In this document: one piece after another, positions 62,499 to 64,000 of the stretch | Position numbering within the stretch: position 1 is the first letter of the stretch | Layout of the letters: each line of letters starts with the position of its first letter | Source: Candidatus Woesearchaeota archaeon | Lineage (GTDB): Archaea; Nanobdellota; Nanobdellia; Woesearchaeales; GW2011-AR9 | Length of the DNA stretch: 64,000 nt | Direction: 5' to 3' | NCBI GenBank assembly: GCA_016181265.1 | Contig: JACOZP010000011.1 | Span: 6,127-70,126 of the forward strand | Notes under the pieces: generated by a model | Databases searched by the model: none | What the model was told of the DNA's origin: nothing | The model's input: only the letters and a program-made list of their open reading frames with translations | Translations under genes and position numbers: made by a program

Positions 62499-63251
62499 AT
62501 GATGATTAGTGTAAAGAAATATTTTACTTTTGTTCTGATGTTTTTATTGTTACTGTTCTCTGTTTTCTCTGCGGTTGCAGCGAATGAATCGGATTCTGAT
62601 AGTCCAGCAACTGGCCAGGCAACGTATATTACTGATGTTAAAGATGAGCCCATACAATATGATGCTGAAGGAAATATTATTAGCAAGACAACGATCAAAG
62701 GGATTACAATCAGAGAAACGGGAAGTGGTTACGATCCTAACTTTGATAAGAGCAAAGGGTACACTACTCCGATCCGTAAAACTCCTGGCCCCTCTCCAAG
62801 AGGTCCGGAAAGTGAGACTGGCGTCGGAAAGGTAATCCAAGGAATAATTGGTGTAGGAAGCCTTACTTTTTTATTTGGTGGCAATGCAGATAGTCAGCTA
62901 TGTGGCTTTCTTCGCATTTTGCTAGCTATTCTTGTCTTTACACTATTATACCTCTTATTATCGATGATTCCTGGCTTGACACGAGGAATCGCAATTACCA
63001 TTGGTATTATCTTGGCGATTGTCGTTGCAGTATTTACTCCTTGTGTTGTCCTATTAGCTTGGGGGACTTCTTATGCTACGCTGTTTGCGTTTGTTGTTGT
63101 CTTCGGTCCGGTATTAGCCGGACTAATGTTGTTGCTTTTTACTCCAACCCCTAATCGTCGGGTGGCGTTATTGAAATTAATGATTGTTGTTATATTAATG
63201 TGGCTTGTTCGCGAAATCAGTTATTGGGCGATGCAGATTGGAGGAAAGTAA
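62499..63251 (+). CDS. signal-peptide plus 4-TM membrane protein (tandem paralog B1)
   Basis: Signal is LLLLFSVFSAVAANE. A roughly 85-aa spacer precedes the conserved block GSLTFLFG...FLRILLAILVFTLLYLLLSMIPGLTRGIAITIGIILAI...WGTSYATLFAFVVVFGPV...TPTPNRR. Confidence 0.6.
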   Translation: MMISVKKYFTFVLMFLLLLFSVFSAVAANESDSDSPATGQATYITDVKDEPIQYDAEGNIISKTTIKGITIRETGSGYDPNFDKSKGYTTPIRKTPGPSPRGPESETGVGKVIQGIIGVGSLTFLFGGNADSQLCGFLRILLAILVFTLLYLLLSMIPGLTRGIAITIGIILAIVVAVFTPCVVLLAWGTSYATLFAFVVVFGPVLAGLMLLLFTPTPNRRVALLKLMIVVILMWLVREISYWAMQIGGK

Positions 63252-63310
63252 TTTTAGATCAAAGAAAGATTTAAATAGACGATTATTTTACTTTATTGCA
63301 AGGTGATTGA

Positions 63311-63862
63311 ATGATGAAAAGACATTTTTTGACATTGTTATTAGTTATTCTCTTGTTGCTCCCTAGTTTCTCTCTTGCTTCAGCACATGGAACGTCTACG
63401 ACGTCGGGTGATAATTCTCTAGATATTGGTGGATTTGTTACAAAAATCTTAAGTGTTGGTTCACTCTCTTTTCTGGGAAGTCCCGATAATCAATTTATCG
63501 GCTTCATCAGAATATTAATGGCTGTCCTTATTTTTACATTATTATATTTGGGGTTGTCAATGATTCCAGGAATAACCCGTGGGATCGGGATTACTATCGG
63601 TATCCTATTAGCGATCATGGTCAGTGTATTTATGCCGGCAGATGTTTTAATCGCTTGGGGAACATCCTATGCAACATTGTTTGCCTTTGTGATCGTTTTT
63701 GGGCCGGTGATTGCGGGGGGCGCGTTTCTCTTGTTGACACCAACCCCAAGTCGTGGGGCGGCTGGTCTTAAAATAGTTATATTATTTATATTATGGTGGC
63801 TTGTGGCTCATATTGCTGACTGGGCCCATAAATTAGGAAGTTCTGTAGGAGGGAGCATCTAA
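63311..63862 (+). CDS. signal-peptide plus 4-TM membrane protein (tandem paralog B2)
   Basis: Same block as B1: GSLSFLGS...FIRILMAVLIFTLLYLGLSMIPGITRGIGITIGILLAI...WGTSYATLFAFVIVFGPV...TPTPSRG. Confidence 0.6.
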   Translation: MMKRHFLTLLLVILLLLPSFSLASAHGTSTTSGDNSLDIGGFVTKILSVGSLSFLGSPDNQFIGFIRILMAVLIFTLLYLGLSMIPGITRGIGITIGILLAIMVSVFMPADVLIAWGTSYATLFAFVIVFGPVIAGGAFLLLTPTPSRGAAGLKIVILFILWWLVAHIADWAHKLGSSVGGSI

Positions 63863-63863
63863 A

Positions 63864-64000
63864 ATGGCAATTCCAGATTTATCAGATTTTGCGGGTTGGG
63901 TAGATAAGATTGAAGCATACGCGCATGTCATCTTTTTCCTATTGCTTGCGTACTATACTTGGCTTCTCTTTAAAGGTGGAGATGAAGGGAAGACTGCAGG
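63864..64000 (+). CDS. hypothetical membrane protein (5' fragment, runs off the window)
   Basis: The ATG lies 2 nt after the B2 stop. MAIPDLSDFAGWVDKIEAYAHVIFFLLLAYYTWLLFKGGDEGKTA. Confidence 0.4.
   Translation, partial: MAIPDLSDFAGWVDKIEAYAHVIFFLLLAYYTWLLFKGGDEGKTA

Noticed and set aside
1-64000. Genome-wide stop-codon reassignment (TAG or TAA) as the explanation for the in-frame stops at 15087, 43244 and 43325.
   Set aside because: TAG terminates uL23, Rpp29, uS5 and uL15, and TAA terminates uL3, uL4, uL2 and many others, all at the conserved protein ends within this window.
1-64000. Search for CRISPR arrays, cas genes, transposases, integrases, tRNA and rRNA genes.
   Set aside because: None was recognised by eye. 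There are no regularly spaced direct repeats, no DDE or tyrosine-recombinase motifs, and no T-loop GGTTCGAATCC-like sequence in any intergenic region. A tRNAscan or cmscan run would be needed for certainty.

Overview
The window reads as a gene-dense, moderately AT-rich archaeal chromosome segment. The lineage looks reduced and DPANN-like; that part is inference. The core at 21.4-36.5 kb is the archaeal ribosomal-protein superoperon, running uL3-uL4-uL23-uL2-uS19-uL22-uS3-uL29-aSUI1-Rpp29-uS17-uL14-uL24-eS4-uL5-uS14-uS8-uL6-eL32-eL19-uL18-uS5-uL30-uL15-SecY. It continues through a DUF106/YidC-like gene, eL34 and eL14, but adk and cmk are missing from their usual slots. Other information-processing genes are SecF/SecD, NAC, Sec61-beta, RFC small subunit, fibrillarin plus Nop5, PheRS alpha and beta, Pelota, Cbf5, eS1, eL31, eL39 and eS19. 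An RNase P RNA (6882-7271, minus) is absent from the ORF track and is overlapped by two spurious ORF extensions. No tRNA, rRNA, CRISPR array, transposase or integrase was recognised.

Accessory content:
- A four-gene envelope locus (46.3-51.9 kb) encodes a pilin-like class-III-signal protein, a polytopic membrane protein, a lipoprotein, and a Cys-rich lipoprotein with dockerin-like repeats.
- A lipoprotein module from that locus recurs at 13.7 and 15.5 kb and is fused to the C-terminus of the polytopic protein.
- A GCS2 ligase, class-II amidotransferase and Cys-less C39/BtrH-like protein form a three-gene set.
- There is one HEPN/MNT pair.
- Tandem membrane-protein paralogs sit at the right edge.

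Other oddities:
- A 200-nt element at 10.4 kb is closed by a 20-bp helix.
- Convergent spacers carry arrays of long hairpins.
- Single palindromic TATA boxes lie equidistant from divergent start codons, implying leaderless transcripts.
- Many r-proteins carry K/E/S-rich tails.
- Three genes are interrupted: pheT by a frameshift, one gene by a TAA, one by two TAGs.

All functional calls rest on by-eye motif recognition; no database search was run.
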